From positions 1-64,000 of the forward strand of contig BAAIJX010000035.1 of assembly GCA_054600435.1 (NCBI GenBank): 64,000 nt of DNA, in the 5' to 3' direction. A program made the position numbers and the translations under genes. The DNA comes from Neophaeotheca triangularis (lineage: Eukaryota). Numbering within the stretch: position 1 is the first letter of the stretch; every line of letters begins with the position of its first letter. This document shows, one piece after another, positions 10,761-23,954 of the stretch. The notes beneath the pieces are model-generated. The model was not told the DNA's origin. It searched no databases and saw only the letters and a list, made by a program, of their open reading frames with translations.

Positions 10761-12194
10761 ATGCACGTGGATTTGACCTATCACTATTTGACCCACCATA
10801 TCGTGCCAGGTCCGCAGAGCCTATCCTATTTTGCCACGCACATTCTACTGCCATTCGCCCTGTTGATCCCTCGCACGTTGCTATCAAGATGGCAGAGCAT
10901 CTTGCTATTCCTTCCCATTATGACCGCAGCAACGGCGCATGCGTGGTGGATTATGAATGGTGTCGACGTGATCAGTGTCAACACGCTACTGGGAGCTTTT
11001 CTCCTCCTCGCCTTCAGAGATCCATGGAAGGATTTTAGATTAGTTTCAAGACAGGACAAAGGCCTGAATGAAGCTGTGGAAGCGCCGACGGGACTGCCTG
11101 TAATCACCAGCGATAATAGCTCCATAAGCGAGCAGACCACATTACTAGACTCCCCCAACGACAACAGCACCGACACCCCCGGCGCCACCGTCAACCCTCC
11201 TCGAACCGACCAACAACCATACCCTTCCGACCTCCGCTCCCGCCTGCCCTGGGTCAGCACCCTCATCATCTCCATCCGCCTCAACAACTGGAAAATCAAC
11301 AACCCGTCCCACGACAACACCCAACCCCCACCCCCAGCCTCCCCCAACCGCAAAACCTACACCCTAAACGCCCTAACCTCCTTGGCCCGAGGCTACCTCC
11401 TCCTCGACCTAACAACCGCCTACACCAACCACGACGCCTACTTCACCGACCCGGCCATCCCAATCCACGCGCCGCTGCCCATTGCCGCCCTCTCGCCCCT
11501 CCCGCCCCACCTTGTCCGCACCATGCTCGTGGGCGCGCAAGCCTGGGCCCTCATCAGCCAGATGTTCTACCTGCCGTGCCTGCTCGCAGTCGCTCTGAAC
11601 GCCCTCAACCTGCTGCGCGACGACTACTCGCCGCACCTCTGGCCGAGCTACTTTGGCTCGCCCAGAGCCATCTTCTTGCACGGCGTGCGCGGTTTCTGGG
11701 GCGCGTATTGGCATCAGACGATGCGCCTTTCCGTCACGGGGCCGGGCTATTGGTTAGCCGACGCAATGGGTCTGCGCGGGAGAGGCTTCTGGAGGTATGC
11801 CATTGTTACTACGTCGGCTTTTGGGTTTAGCGGCTTGGTGCATATGGGCTTAGTGCCGCCGGAGCCGCTGCATGCTACAATGCCTGTGAATGCGATACGG
11901 CTGTGTGTTGCTGGGTTCTTTTGGGTGCAGGTTTTGGCAGTGTTGGTTGAGGTTGTTGTTGCGAAGGGGTTCGTCATGGCTATGGGGCTTTCTACTTTCC
12001 AGACGGGAAACGGTCTCGGGATTAGGATGCTGCTGAATGGGCTGTGGGTTGTTGCGTGGTTCAGCGTGTCTATAATTTTGCTGGCTGAGGCAGGTAGGCA
12101 ACTGGGGTATTGGAGGGTTTGGGTTGTACCTGTGAGTCTGTGGCAAGGATTCAGAGGGGAAGGATGGATAGCGTGGCCATTTTTGCAAGGCTAG
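10761..12194 (+). CDS. Membrane-bound O-acyltransferase (MBOAT_2 / wax synthase / Tri7-like)
   Basis: Multi-TM protein with WPSYFGSP, GVRGFWGAYWHQTMR and AFGFSGLVHMG. Confidence 0.85.
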   Translation: MHVDLTYHYLTHHIVPGPQSLSYFATHILLPFALLIPRTLLSRWQSILLFLPIMTAATAHAWWIMNGVDVISVNTLLGAFLLLAFRDPWKDFRLVSRQDKGLNEAVEAPTGLPVITSDNSSISEQTTLLDSPNDNSTDTPGATVNPPRTDQQPYPSDLRSRLPWVSTLIISIRLNNWKINNPSHDNTQPPPPASPNRKTYTLNALTSLARGYLLLDLTTAYTNHDAYFTDPAIPIHAPLPIAALSPLPPHLVRTMLVGAQAWALISQMFYLPCLLAVALNALNLLRDDYSPHLWPSYFGSPRAIFLHGVRGFWGAYWHQTMRLSVTGPGYWLADAMGLRGRGFWRYAIVTTSAFGFSGLVHMGLVPPEPLHATMPVNAIRLCVAGFFWVQVLAVLVEVVVAKGFVMAMGLSTFQTGNGLGIRMLLNGLWVVAWFSVSIILLAEAGRQLGYWRVWVVPVSLWQGFRGEGWIAWPFLQG

Positions 12195-12290
12195 ATAGAA
12201 TACAGCTGCGAGTGGCTCTCCAATGTCCATCGCCATCACTCGGGCTGGCGTTGTTATTCGAACATTGACCTCCTCAGCCGATACCGTGCC

Positions 12291-12479
12291 TTATTTGATG
12301 GTACCGCTATCCGCCGGCTTCTGCTTCGTGCCCTTTTTCTCCTTCTCACCGGCATTGGTGCTGTTCCCTGCACCTCCGTTGTTCGCACTAGAGCCGACAG
12401 CTGATTTGGTCTGTTGAGCCTGATTTTGGGAGCGGCGCTTGTAGCGAAGGTCGTCGACCCAGTCGAGGAAGGAGACCAT
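12291..12479 (-). CDS. Putative small (62 aa) hydrophilic orphan protein
   Basis: Strong start context (CACAATGG), protein-like composition, and it lies in a gap between two genes. Confidence 0.45.
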   Translation of the reverse strand: MVSFLDWVDDLRYKRRSQNQAQQTKSAVGSSANNGGAGNSTNAGEKEKKGTKQKPADSGTIK

Positions 12480-13006
12480 TGTGATCGGCTAGAATGGCTT
12501 GCGGAGGTGTAGGCTGTGGTCCGCGGCAAGTGTGTATTGCGTTTACGTGGAAAAGGCTGTGGCACATTAGTGGAATGCCTCTTCTCCTCGTTTGATGTCG
12601 GTCGTACTCGTATGTAATAATGAGATTGCTGAGGATTGTGAAATCGAACACTCGCTGCAGCGTTCAAGATGACGACTTATTGATCCGTTCGCGTGGCGTC
12701 TTTTGAGTTTGCGGGATCAAGCGCGCGCGTATGTAGATCTTGAGTGGTCCAGCTAGGATCTGGATGGCTCGTCGCAAAGAATTCTATCCTGCACCGAGCA
12801 AGGCTAATAGACCTGGCGGAAATGAGCTCGCATAAGTATTGCCCTCCGGGGGCTGCTTAAGCGTTATGACCAAGCTCGAAGACAACTGCTACTAAGCAGC
12901 ATAAGCAGTAGCTTCGAGGCTTATGTGACCCCAGGAAGAGGCTCCGGCTATCTGTTTTAGGCATTCGAGCACGGCCAGCGGCCCAGCGAGGTGGATGTTG
13001 GTCCGT

Positions 13007-14389
13007 TCATCCTACAGAGACCGCTGTGTTCGGTCTCGCCTTGTTCAAGCCTTCAAGCAAGACGCAAGCTTTGCAGACAGCCTGAGAAGAGATGTATCCA
13101 CATCGCTCGCACTGTCCAAGTGTTTGTTTAGCTGGACCGCCATTCGCATTCTTGCGCGAGCGCTTTTCAGCCTTGGTGCGAACTGGAATGGTGACTTTGC
13201 CTGCTTGACTGTCTTCTGCTGTGCTTGGCACCTGGTCGCTGGGTTGAAGTGTGGGAGCTGGTGCAATTTGGCCGTCCATTTGACGTGATCCATCTTGCTG
13301 CTGGACCTTGGCTGGGGTCTTCACTTCAGTCTCCAGCCCCTCCGCTTCCGCTTGTTCGTCTTGTTGCAACTTCTTCTCCATGTCTGCCATCTCCCCACCC
13401 CCACCCCGTCCATTTGCGCTTCCGCAACCGCCGTTGCCTTCCTCAACCTCGCCGTCTCGCATGCCTTGAGCTACTGCATCGCCTTTCTCGCCCCCTTGTA
13501 CTTTCTCATTGTTACCAGGCACCAGTTTTGCCATGTCGATCCCAGATCGAACAACGTCCAGTATACTTTCGGGGCGTATGCGCTCGAGGTTCTTGATAAG
13601 CGTTCGCGCGCTACCTCTAAATGCTTCCGGAGAGTAAATGCACTCGGTGCTGAAGTAGTCGAGCTTCTTATGATGGGCATAGAGTACAATCTCCTTCTCG
13701 TATGCGTACATGAGCGGCTTAGACCTCTTTACGTCTGTGTAGCTCACACCGTTCTCTCCTGTAGCGGCGGGGTTCGCAGGCTTTGCTGAAGGCGTGCTTG
13801 TAACGATCGAGGTTGCTCTGCTGAGCCTTGGTAGATCTCCACGGAGTAGGTTCATGAGGACAGTCTCGGCTACATCGTCTGCGTTGTGTCCTGTGACGAC
13901 ATGTCCAACTCCAAGCATAGCCGCTCCTCTATCCAATGCTTGACGCCGGAAGACTCCGCAATACGTGCAATTGCCCTTCTTGCCTACCTGTGCCACGACT
14001 TGATCCATGCTCCAGCCGTACAAGTCGGCATAGCTCACAATCTTGAGTGGAAGATCATATTGTGCGGCGTGCCTCTTTACTGCTTCAAGAGAGTGATCGC
14101 GGTAGCCAGTAATGCCTTCGTCAACACTTAACAGCACAAGATCAAGCTGCCAATTGTGCCTCTCGTTAAGGGTCTTCAATACCGAGGCCAGAACCGTGCT
14201 ATCTTTCCCACCTGACGCGCCGATGGCTACTCTTTCACCAGGCTTGAACAGGTTTGCGGCCGTGACAGTCTCAGTCACCTCTTCTTCGAAGATTGCGATG
14301 AAGCACGGAGCGCAGATACGAGAGTGATCCTTAGGCCGTGAAATCTGGGCCCGCGCTGAGTGACACAGCTGGCATGTTGAGGGCGGCAT
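13007..14389 (-). CDS. NCS6: Cytoplasmic tRNA 2-thiolation protein 1
   Basis: PP-loop [30 protein letters not shown], and N- and C-terminal CxxC zinc motifs. Confidence 0.95.
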   Translation of the reverse strand: MPPSTCQLCHSARAQISRPKDHSRICAPCFIAIFEEEVTETVTAANLFKPGERVAIGASGGKDSTVLASVLKTLNERHNWQLDLVLLSVDEGITGYRDHSLEAVKRHAAQYDLPLKIVSYADLYGWSMDQVVAQVGKKGNCTYCGVFRRQALDRGAAMLGVGHVVTGHNADDVAETVLMNLLRGDLPRLSRATSIVTSTPSAKPANPAATGENGVSYTDVKRSKPLMYAYEKEIVLYAHHKKLDYFSTECIYSPEAFRGSARTLIKNLERIRPESILDVVRSGIDMAKLVPGNNEKVQGGEKGDAVAQGMRDGEVEEGNGGCGSANGRGGGGEMADMEKKLQQDEQAEAEGLETEVKTPAKVQQQDGSRQMDGQIAPAPTLQPSDQVPSTAEDSQAGKVTIPVRTKAEKRSRKNANGGPAKQTLGQCERCGYISSQAVCKACVLLEGLNKARPNTAVSVG

Positions 14390-15077
14390 ATCGATTGTCT
14401 CGTCGTCGATGTATCCAGATCCGCGTGAGTCTCCAAGGTAGGTCGAGAAGTAACCTGGCGAGCCTGGAACAACGTGACGCAGCGGCGATGAACAAAGTCA
14501 ATTATGTTGTTTGGTATCGATAAGATAAGGCTTAGCTTCCAAGGTTGGCTTCCACTACCTCTAACCAAGGAATGCAGCATGCTGCATGCAGCAGCAATGG
14601 CCCTGCTGATTCCCCCTTAATAAGCTGAAATCGGGATTGGCAGTTTTGAATATGGTGACGGCGAGTTGAAATACATAGTGCCGAGAATGCGACAGGTACG
14701 GCAACGGTTTATTCCGTCCCCAGCATCTCCATGCCATTGGAAGGGCTGCGCTAGGTTTCTATGAGAGGGCAGCGTTACACGATGTGCTACCGAGCTTGTC
14801 TGGTGTCGCGGCCTAACATACTTTGGTATCTTGGACTGGTTTGCCTTCTCGGCATTTTTACTTAGCTCGTTGGCTTCGCCGCTCGTTTGGCACTGACCGA
14901 TGTGCTCTCTAGACAACGCCGGCGAGCTTGTTGGGGCCACGTAGGAGGGAAAAGAGCTCCAGCAATGCCTAGGCTGGTGCGCAACAAGACATCGCAAGGA
15001 GGGATATTAAGGATATTACTATTTCATAAAGTAGTACATGGCTACTATACTCACCAATACAGCCGCAAGAATCACAT

Positions 15078-18000
15078 CTACTCGTACTGAATCTCCTCAT
15101 CATCCCTCACAGCAAGATCCTCCCCTTCTCCTTCTTCGCCCTCACTCCCATCGCCACCCTCATCAACAACAGCAACCTCATTTTGTCCGTTCGCCTTATC
15201 TTCTTCCTCCACGTCAGCAGCCGCCAAGGAGACATCTGCGAGCTTGCTCCTGGTGCGACGCAGACTCGTAGCGCCCACAGTGCTGGGACTAGCAGCGTGT
15301 CGAGCGCTCGTGGCTCTGCGAGCCGGTGTAACGTAGGCACCGCCGTAAGTGCTGCGCCTGTTGCCCCCTCTTCCTGGTCGGCCGGGTCGACGCTTTGCAG
15401 CTGTCATGCCAGGGATGGGGGGAAAGATCTCGAAACGTATCGGTGGTATATGTCCGTTGGATTCTGGCAGGGAAGTGCTGTGAGCGGATTTTGTTGGAGA
15501 GGCACTGCGGGTCCGGACACGATAAGTGCCGTTTGGGGTCTTACGAGGGGAGCGTCGACTTGGCGAGACGGCGGTGGGATCCTTGTCATCGGTCAAAGAA
15601 GGCTTTGCTGTCAGAGCTGCCGGTGTTTGGTCTGGGACGGGTGCCTTTGGCGACAACGTGTTTTGTCGCGCGTCTTCTGTAAAGGGCTGGGCAGCAGCTT
15701 CTTGACTTTCTGCAACAGCATCTGCCGTCTCTTTCAGCGCCTGCTGTACTCCTTCTTCGGGCTGATCTGGTAGCTCGATCGCTTCCTCACGCTGCGCGAC
15801 CGTTTGTATAGGCTGGTTTGCTTCCTCGCCCATGGTGAAGAAATTGGAAGGCCGGCCCATGACATAGGGCTGCCAGCACAGACGATCAGAATCAAGCTTG
15901 ATGTGCGCCTTCTTCTCGTGTTTCTCGATGTACTCCTTCATGTAATCATAGTCGAGTCGTAGAGCGTAAGTGTAGGTCAAAGGATCGCGAACGAGAAATC
16001 GAAGCGCCTCGAGCGTAGAGACAATGTCGTCAGGGGTCATGCCGGTGTCCTTAGCAATGCGGGCAATCGAGAGCGACTGATTCTCGTTGGCCGCAGTCTC
16101 GTTGCCTTTGTATTGCAACAGCATTTCGCACAGAACACTTCGCCAGTACGAGCGGTATGATACAAGGCCCATGTCAGACAACGGCTTTTCTGGGGATCCA
16201 GTACGGCCCTCGACTTTAGTCAGCAGGTATGAGAACTCGATGAGTACTCGTCCGAAACCTCGACGCATATGCACAGGCAGGACCAAGATGCATGACACAT
16301 TGTTGCCGGGGCTGTTCAATGCGATATCGGTGGCGTCGCCAGCAGAATCTGCACCACCATGGGCGGAGGCGTCTACTTCACCATCGACGGAGTCGTAGGC
16401 ATTGGACGGTGCTGGTGGACCGCAACTACGTTTTTCTTTGGAGAAGTAACCAACGAAGTGACATCCAAACTCATCGTTCTCCGTCATGATGTAGAACAAG
16501 AAGGGTTCTACATCGTAATAGAGCGTCTTAGATCCGAGGAAGAGCTTTGCGAGCAGGCAGAGGTTCTGGCAGTATAATGGATTCTGTCGTCCGTCGACTT
16601 CGAAGAAAGACAGCGTAGTCTCAGCGCCAGTTTCAGGATTTGTGACCTGATTACGATAGATCTCATCGCCGGGGGGATGTTTGGCCGAGCACTTGAGCTT
16701 ATGCCTCCAGGCGACGTAGTCTGAGTTCATGTACTTCAAACAGAACTCGCAAATATAGAGGTGCTTGTTTCGGCTGTACTCTTCTGGATAGGGTGCAGCA
16801 TGCCATGTGTCAATTTCATAACCACCAAAATTGATGCACTTGATCTTGCTGGCTGGTCCGGATGCCTTGGGTCGAGCGGCAGTCTCAGTGCTGTTGGCAG
16901 CAAGCTTGTCTTTCCAGTTCTTTTCCGCCGTCTCACGCGCAGATTGGAACGCTCGTCGATCTGCGTCCTGTGGGTACGTTCGGGCAGTGTCAGCTTCAGC
17001 TTCTGTGAGAATGCCGCCGTACGGCTTGCCCTTGAGCTCATCGGTCTCTTTGTCAGGGAAAGCGTAGAAAGGGTTGGAGTAGATGGAAGTTTGTACTGCG
17101 GGAAAATGTTGAGGTTCTTCTTCCTCGGCTGTAGTCGCAGCACGATTGTTGCGCAAGCGACGAAGACGGTCTCGCTCGCGCCGGCGCTGCTTCCTCTCTG
17201 CGTTGCGCACTATGTCGTCCAGTTGGGCAACGGTGACTGGGAATGCCATAATGGCACTGCGAGGTTCTTCGCTTCTAGAAACTATCCTGGCGGCCTTCTT
17301 GCGTACTTTCAGATGACGCTGCGGCCGACCAGCGCGCGACTTCGGAGAGCCACCGTCGTCGGTACCATCTAGGCCGGCGGCTATTGCGTCGCTCTCGTTG
17401 CCGTCGGCGGTAGGCTCGCGTTCATCCTCGTCGAACTCCGTTCTTCGACGTTTGCGGTCGGGGGCGCGTGGGAGCTCGTCGGTCTCGTTTGAAGGCGATT
17501 TGCGCTTCTTTCTAAGCGAACGCGAACCGTCCATCGGATCTTCGTGGAGAATCAGCGTGTTGAAAACGGAATGCGAATCTGCCTTGATGCCCCCTCTTGC
17601 TGCGGGGAGTAGGTCTCGAGCCATTTTGGGTGCAGACGAACGACGTCGTGAAGACAAAGCCTCTGGAATATGTTTGAAGTCCTCCTCCAAGCCATGAGCA
17701 ACGCAGTCTTTGCAGCGCCAACGCGCAGTATCTGGTGAAGGTGTTAGTATACATTATATCCTCGTGATATGGGCGCGATTATTTGATAGGGGTTTCGTAT
17801 AGACGTACCTTCTTCGGAAGCTAGCGAGCCTGCATCTCTGGCGCATTGCCGATGGGCTGTGAAACGAAAGTCAGCGTGTCGGACCCTGAATCGTACGTCT
17901 TCGCATACTGCTCGCTTCTCGAAGCTTGCTTCCTTCATCTCTCTTACAACAATTTAGGATGGGGAGAAAGACTTACCAAAATCTCCGCAAACGGCACATG

Positions 18001-18487
18001 CAAGTGGTTCCTCGAATTCTTCGTTTGGATCGTGTTCCTCGTCTTGGCCACAGAATCTGAAGTAAAGGTCAGCGGGAACCTCGCGGAATTTAGTTGAATG
18101 TGCCACTCACACGCAGCTGTTGCCCCCCGAATGTTCCACCTCTGCTTCTTCACCGGAAGCATCCGCAGCTTCCCAATCCTCTTCGGCGCCGCTTTTCGAA
18201 GAGCTCGACTCTGACTGATCATCGGCGTCTTCTTCTACCTCCGAATCTGAATCGCGCCCAGATCTTCTTCTCGCTCTGGAAAGCACCGAACGTCTCTTGA
18301 CTGCACCAACAACTTCTCCCATGTCTTCCTCTTCTTCTTCAGCAACCTCTGCGTCCGCATCGGAACTGATGTCTTCCCCATCAGCGTCGGCGTCGGTCTC
18401 AGCATCCGCATCTGCATCCGCGTCGGGCATCTCTTCGTCGAGCACCTCTGCCACCTCAGCATCTTGCTCGTCGTCTAGCGGTTCCAT
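15078..18487 (-). CDS. SAS3: MYST histone acetyltransferase with N-terminal PHD finger (introns ~18057-18110, 17857-17976, 17732-17808)
   Basis: IDTWHAAPYPEEY, YICEFCLKY, CQNLCLLAKLFLGSKTLYYDVEPF, GSPEKPLSDMG. Spliced upstream exons give a PHD (CVFC..CAVC..HRQC..WRCKDC). Confidence 0.9.
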
Positions 18488-19263
18488 CTGGTAGTCATGC
18501 GCTTGATGCTTCACTCCACGCCCACGCAGGCGAGAGGGCGTGGGCGCAGGCTGGCTCAACACTATTGTCGCCAGCGTGCCCTTAGGCCGATCTAAACGCG
18601 GTCGCTTCACTGTCCCGAAGCTGATTTATACATGTGCTCTTTCCCTTTCGCTCCTTCCTTCCCCTGACTCCAGCCGCGTGAATTGTAATCCCCCAGTGCC
18701 AAGCCCTATGTTGCCTGACGACTCACTCGTTGCCGAACGCGTCGTCTCGCGTTTTCGTATGGCTCCGTGATTATCTGCGTGCCGTAATAATGCCTCAGTG
18801 AGCCGAACGCGCGCGAGAGCTGGAGTCTCGAGTGGTCTTTCCGAGCGCGGCGCGTTGGATTTGACCTGATGTGGAAGCTGGCAGTGGAGCCGGAGAGTTA
18901 TGTCTTGACTGGCGGATAGTGAAAGATGTGAGGTCTCGCGACAAGGATGGTGTTAGTTCTGACTTGCCAGAGGGATGCTCTGTCGCTGCTGTTGCTGTCC
19001 CTGATACTCAATCGCGCCGCCCCTGCGACTTCCGGTACCTACTCAAGATCAAGCTGTCTGTCTGAGCCGACATGGCCCGTGCTTTCTCCGCATTCATCCT
19101 CCACTTCAGGTTTGCTTTGAACATCCATATCTACACGAAGGCACAACTGCGACTCCATTCACAAGCACTTTTGAACGACATCCGGACCTTTCCACAAATC
19201 TATCAGCCTCGGCTTCGAACCGTGCTTTGCGTCCAGCGCTCTCGCCTATAGAACTCCGCCAAA

Positions 19264-19852
19264 ATGGGTACGCGCACGCCCGTCCCGGACTGCATGGCGC
19301 GCAAACATTGACCTTTCTCACCGCAGGCGTCCCTTTCGAGGCTCTCATTCCATATGGCATCATGTGAGTTTTGCAAAAATCTAATGACTCTACTCGAGCA
19401 TACATCTGACTTATCCGCAGGCTGGGGGTAGGAACTAGCGCCATCTCATACGCAAACGAGACCGGAGACTGAACGGGTAACCTACAGATGTTTGGCCTCA
19501 GCGGAGCCGCCATGTCGAAACTACGACACATGCAGAACGGTGGCAAGAGGGCGAGGCATTCGGTGGACCAGTGGGACAGGCAGAGTACGTGACCCGGGAG
19601 GATGTGAGCGAAATGGGCGCCAAGAGTTTGGGCGTAGCGACATAGATGAACAACGCGGATCGCTGACACAATTCGGCATCCAGTGATGGACCGGGACCGG
19701 AGGTTGACAGGCTTCTTGCGTGGCCAGACGGACAGCCCAAAGGCACCGGCTGGGTTCGAGCTCAACAACCCGTGGAGGGTAAGTCGACCTAACGCCTCGG
19801 ACGGACAATACCGTATGCTGACTCAACCAAGGTCGAGAGACACGTCGTTTAG
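19264..19852 (+). CDS. NDUFA1: NADH:ubiquinone oxidoreductase MWFE/NIMM subunit (~86 aa, 6 exons)
   Basis: Spliced product MGVPFEALIPYGIMLGMFGLSGAAMSKLRHMQNGGKRARHSVDQWDRQMMDRDRRLTG...NNPWRVERHVV; GT-AG introns with branch sites. Confidence 0.9.
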
Positions 19853-21085
19853 ATTGTGTATATCCTTGTACAAGCGTCGGTCAGGTTCAACTTGTTTCCC
19901 ATCTCAACTACTGCACGGAGTGCAACGCCTATACTCAGTCTGTCGACTCTGCATGCCCATTTCATGCGGTTTCTGCTGGCTATGCGGAACATCAGCCACA
20001 TGATAGCCCCTGTGGCAGCCTCCGCGAGCTGTGATGTGTGCGCTCGCAATGGCACTCCGGACCTGCATACACTTGGGAGAATCTTTCCTCTCAACACGAC
20101 TTGCTCCAAGAAGTCGTATATTCCCCCTGGCTCTTACTTCATACAAGCCCTTCCAATGCGCTTCCAACTTGCTGAGTCCCGATTGTCGTTAGGAGTGCAC
20201 CCTTCAGCATCCAAACCGCCCCGGGATGCCCATGGGCTCAATGGGTAGAGTTTCGTCGCGTGTTTCAAAAGAGAGGACACGCTGCATGACAAATTTTCTC
20301 TAGATCATGGGCTCTGGGTGATTGCAAGGTCATACATCGCAGCACATGTATCATATCACCAGAAGATCCTGCCGTGTTCCTACTCCATTCCTCAGCAAAT
20401 TGAGCACTCGTGAATTGACAACTTACTGCTCGAGTTAGAATACCTAGGTAGAGTACGGGCAAGTACCGAGTCAAAGTTGCCCAAAGAATTGCGGGGAATG
20501 CTCTCAGCCATCATTATCAACAGCAGCAACGCAACGCGACGAGTAACTACCTCTCAGTGCATGAACTAGGTACATCGAATCACGTTGATTACATAGTATA
20601 TACCTGTCCGCTCACTACATTATTCACCTTTAATTCTGATTAGCCTCAGATGATCTTGACAGCCTTAGTCGTGGCCTTAGTTTGAGAGCCGAAGTATTAC
20701 CTACTCTTCCCAATAAGCGTCACCCGTGCATATGCAGGTGCCCTGAGATTGACCCCTGAAGATTGGATGCTCGCTAGGTACCTACATAGCCCGACACCGA
20801 CACCGACATCCCAACTCCCTCCTACCCTAAGTCGAGCTGAGATTCCCTCCATACTCTACTTTACCTTACCTTACCTAAATCTAATTCTCTTTGCCGCCAC
20901 TACTTCGTTGCTCGTGATCGCTCCCTATATATACGCAGCTACAACACCACACGCCCGAGCCGAACATCCTCCCGTATGTCTCGACCATAGCTTGTACGCC
21001 CAGAACGGCTCTCAAGGCCTTGTGAGCTCGCGAATCGACGCGCTGGACTTTGACACATCGCCACGCTGCCACCGAACAAGACACA

Positions 21086-23954
21086 ATGCAGGCCAATGGC
21101 TACCACCAATACAGTGATTCGAGGAACTATATACATCCCCAGCACTACCAGGACCCCAGAATGCAAAGGAAGCCGTCCGACGCGTGGAATGGCTCCCCCG
21201 TATCTCCCTCGAGCGCGCGGGATGGCTTGAGTGATAGTCATTATGGGGTGTACGATCTCGTTTCGCCGATCGGGGAGGGAGGCCATCATGTGGGCGGATC
21301 ATCGCGCAATGTTGACGATGTTGGAAGGCACTTGCTTTACGAAACCGCCATGATTGACTCCCGAGCTTTCGAGATACTCGATATGAGCGAGGTAGATGCG
21401 CTGAAGAAGGAACATGCACGTCTCGGAGCGAAGCTAGAAGCGGCACAGCGCAAGTTCGCGCTGGAAAGCAAGGTCAGGGATGCGGCGCAGAACCTACACC
21501 GACTATATTCGACTAGCAGTAAGAGCAGAGCAGATACACCCCAGAGCCCTAGCAGTCCGCGTAAGAGCCGAACTAGCTTGCTGAGCAACAGGCAGGTGAG
21601 CGGCAGCAGCATTGGGAGCGGTAGCGGTAGCGGTGGTACGCTGAGTCAGGCCGAGGACGAGGTGGCTTTGAGTAACAGGAAGGTTGACGAGCTCAATTTG
21701 GCGATCAAGGGGTTGATGGAAAGGCAGCAGTACGTCGAGCGGAAGCTCCTCAGGCACACAGCTGCGGCACTAGCAGAGCAGCGAGATCTTGCCAACCGCA
21801 GTGTCGCGGATACCGAGGACGGCGGCGGGGATTCGGCAAGCGAGTATTCGCCGGATGAATTCGATGGTATCAGGGATATACTGGTAGGCAAAACTGCTGG
21901 ATCTAGCAGGAAGCTTCAGAAGCGCGGTAATGCAGACATGCTGCATGCTGAGCACGAGCACCAGATGAGCGAAATACAAGATCGACTTGAGCATCTCAAC
22001 AGCGAACTACGTCAGGTAATCGGTGATGCTAGCAGAGCACGAGGGAAGACACCGGAGCCCGACATTGAGGTCGGGAACGAGCACCATGATGTCCACGGCT
22101 ATGTCGACAAGCACCTCTACCGGATCGAGCATAACTTACGCATAGTGCAGGATGAACAAGAAGGCATGCGAACGCACTTTACGCAGATACAGCAGAGCGA
22201 AGACCGGAATCGCAATGCTATTAAGATGCAGCTCGAAAATGTCAACAACGATATGCACCGTTTGCTCTCTGAAACAATAAACGGACAATCTTTAGGCTTG
22301 CAACCTCCGCCAGCGTCTGATCACGGGTATCAAAGCCAGTTACAGTACATGGAGCAGATCATTTTTACGCTTGATCAGCTTTTCCAGCAACATGACGAGG
22401 CACTACATTCTGCACGCAAAGCCGGGCACGACAGCTCACGAGAGATCGAAGAAGCACAGGCAAAGGCTGCCAACCATGCGAAGCAAATCGGAGAATACGA
22501 GACTGTCCTCGGTGGGCTCTGGGAAATCATGCAGTCTGACTCTAGCATCTCTCGATCTCGTTCAGTAGACCGCGGCCTCGACGACGGTAGCCCACCTCCT
22601 TCGCCTTTTCCGGATTCTTTCTCACTACCAGCTTTCAGCTCTCGAGTTCAGAACCTCTTCGATCGTGCCAGCTCTGCTAAAGAACAACATGACATTCTGA
22701 GGCGGCAAATCCAGCAACAAAGGGAGCTTAATGGCAAGTCCGACGCCGAGAAGGACAAACAATTCGCAGAACTTGAGACCAATCACGAACAACTCCAACG
22801 GACCCATGAAGAGCTTGTGGATGCTCATCATGAAATGCAAGATGAGCTCGCCGCCACGATGGTCAAGGCCGAGCAGGCATCCACCGAAGCCAACGAGACC
22901 AGAGCTGAGTTGCTCAATGTTACCAATGAACTAGAGCAACTTCAGAGAACGATCAGCGCAAGGCAGGATGACCAAGCTGAGATGTCTCGACAGCTTGAAG
23001 CACAGCGCGGAAACACGGTCAGCCTCGAGAGCCAAATTGAAGAGCTCGAAGCCCAAGTCTCAGATCTCACGGACGATGCTCGCATCCTTGCTGCAGAAAA
23101 CGAGGCAAAACTCAGTGCTGCCAACAATTCAAGAGAGTCTGCAGAAGAGAAGCACACGACCCTGAAGAAAGACATGGACGGTCTCGAGGCTGAAGTTGTG
23201 CGCCTCACGACCGAACTCACCATGGCCAAGGCTGAGCTCGACGGAGCCTACGGCAGCCGATCCGAACGTAAGAAGGAGGCGCAGGCTGCCGAGATCGAAG
23301 CTCTCAACGACCGCAACGACCAAGTTGCTGGAGAGCTGCAGAAACTCCGTGAGCACCATCAGACCATTCTCGCGGAGCTTGCAACCGTCCGCAACTCTAA
23401 CGCTTCCACATCAAACGGGCGCACTGCTGAGCTTGAGAAGGAGCTTTATGAGATGACCAACGATTTTCAAGACCTGACTAGGGAGAGCATGCAGCTTGAG
23501 AAAGAGCGTGAGCAGCTTGACACTCTCATAGATGGGTTGCGGGAGAGATGCGAGACTCTCGAGAACCAGCTCAGTGACGAGAAGGTCCGATGGTTGGGTA
23601 TCAAGAGTCCATCTGGCGCAGGCGCTGAGGGCGCAAACGGCAGGGAGATGACGAGCACCATGGTCTTGCGGCAGGAGTTCAAAAAGATGATGCGCGAGAC
23701 GAGGGCAGAAGGAATGAGGGCCTTGAGAGTGAGTAGTCAAACCCCCTGTTCGAGCCAACCATCCCCGTTGCTAACTGCCACTCAAGGCCGAGCAAGAAGA
23801 ACGCCGCCGCGTCGAATCCGAACTCCGTCGCTTGCGCCACACCAACGGCTCGCTCGGCAGTGGCCGCGTCTCGGCTCACAGCCAGCGGCTTTCGAATGGA
23901 GGAAGTGGAATGAGGAATGGACCAACGAGTGCGAGTTCCTCCATGCACGCTTGA
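21086..23954 (+). CDS. Up-regulated-during-septation (UDS1) domain long coiled-coil protein (intron ~23729-23786)
   Basis: HLLYETAMIDSRAFEILDMSEVDALKKE..LESKVRDAAQNL..KLLRHTAAAL; heptad-rich; C-terminal LRQEFKKMMRE|AEQEERR. Confidence 0.8.
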
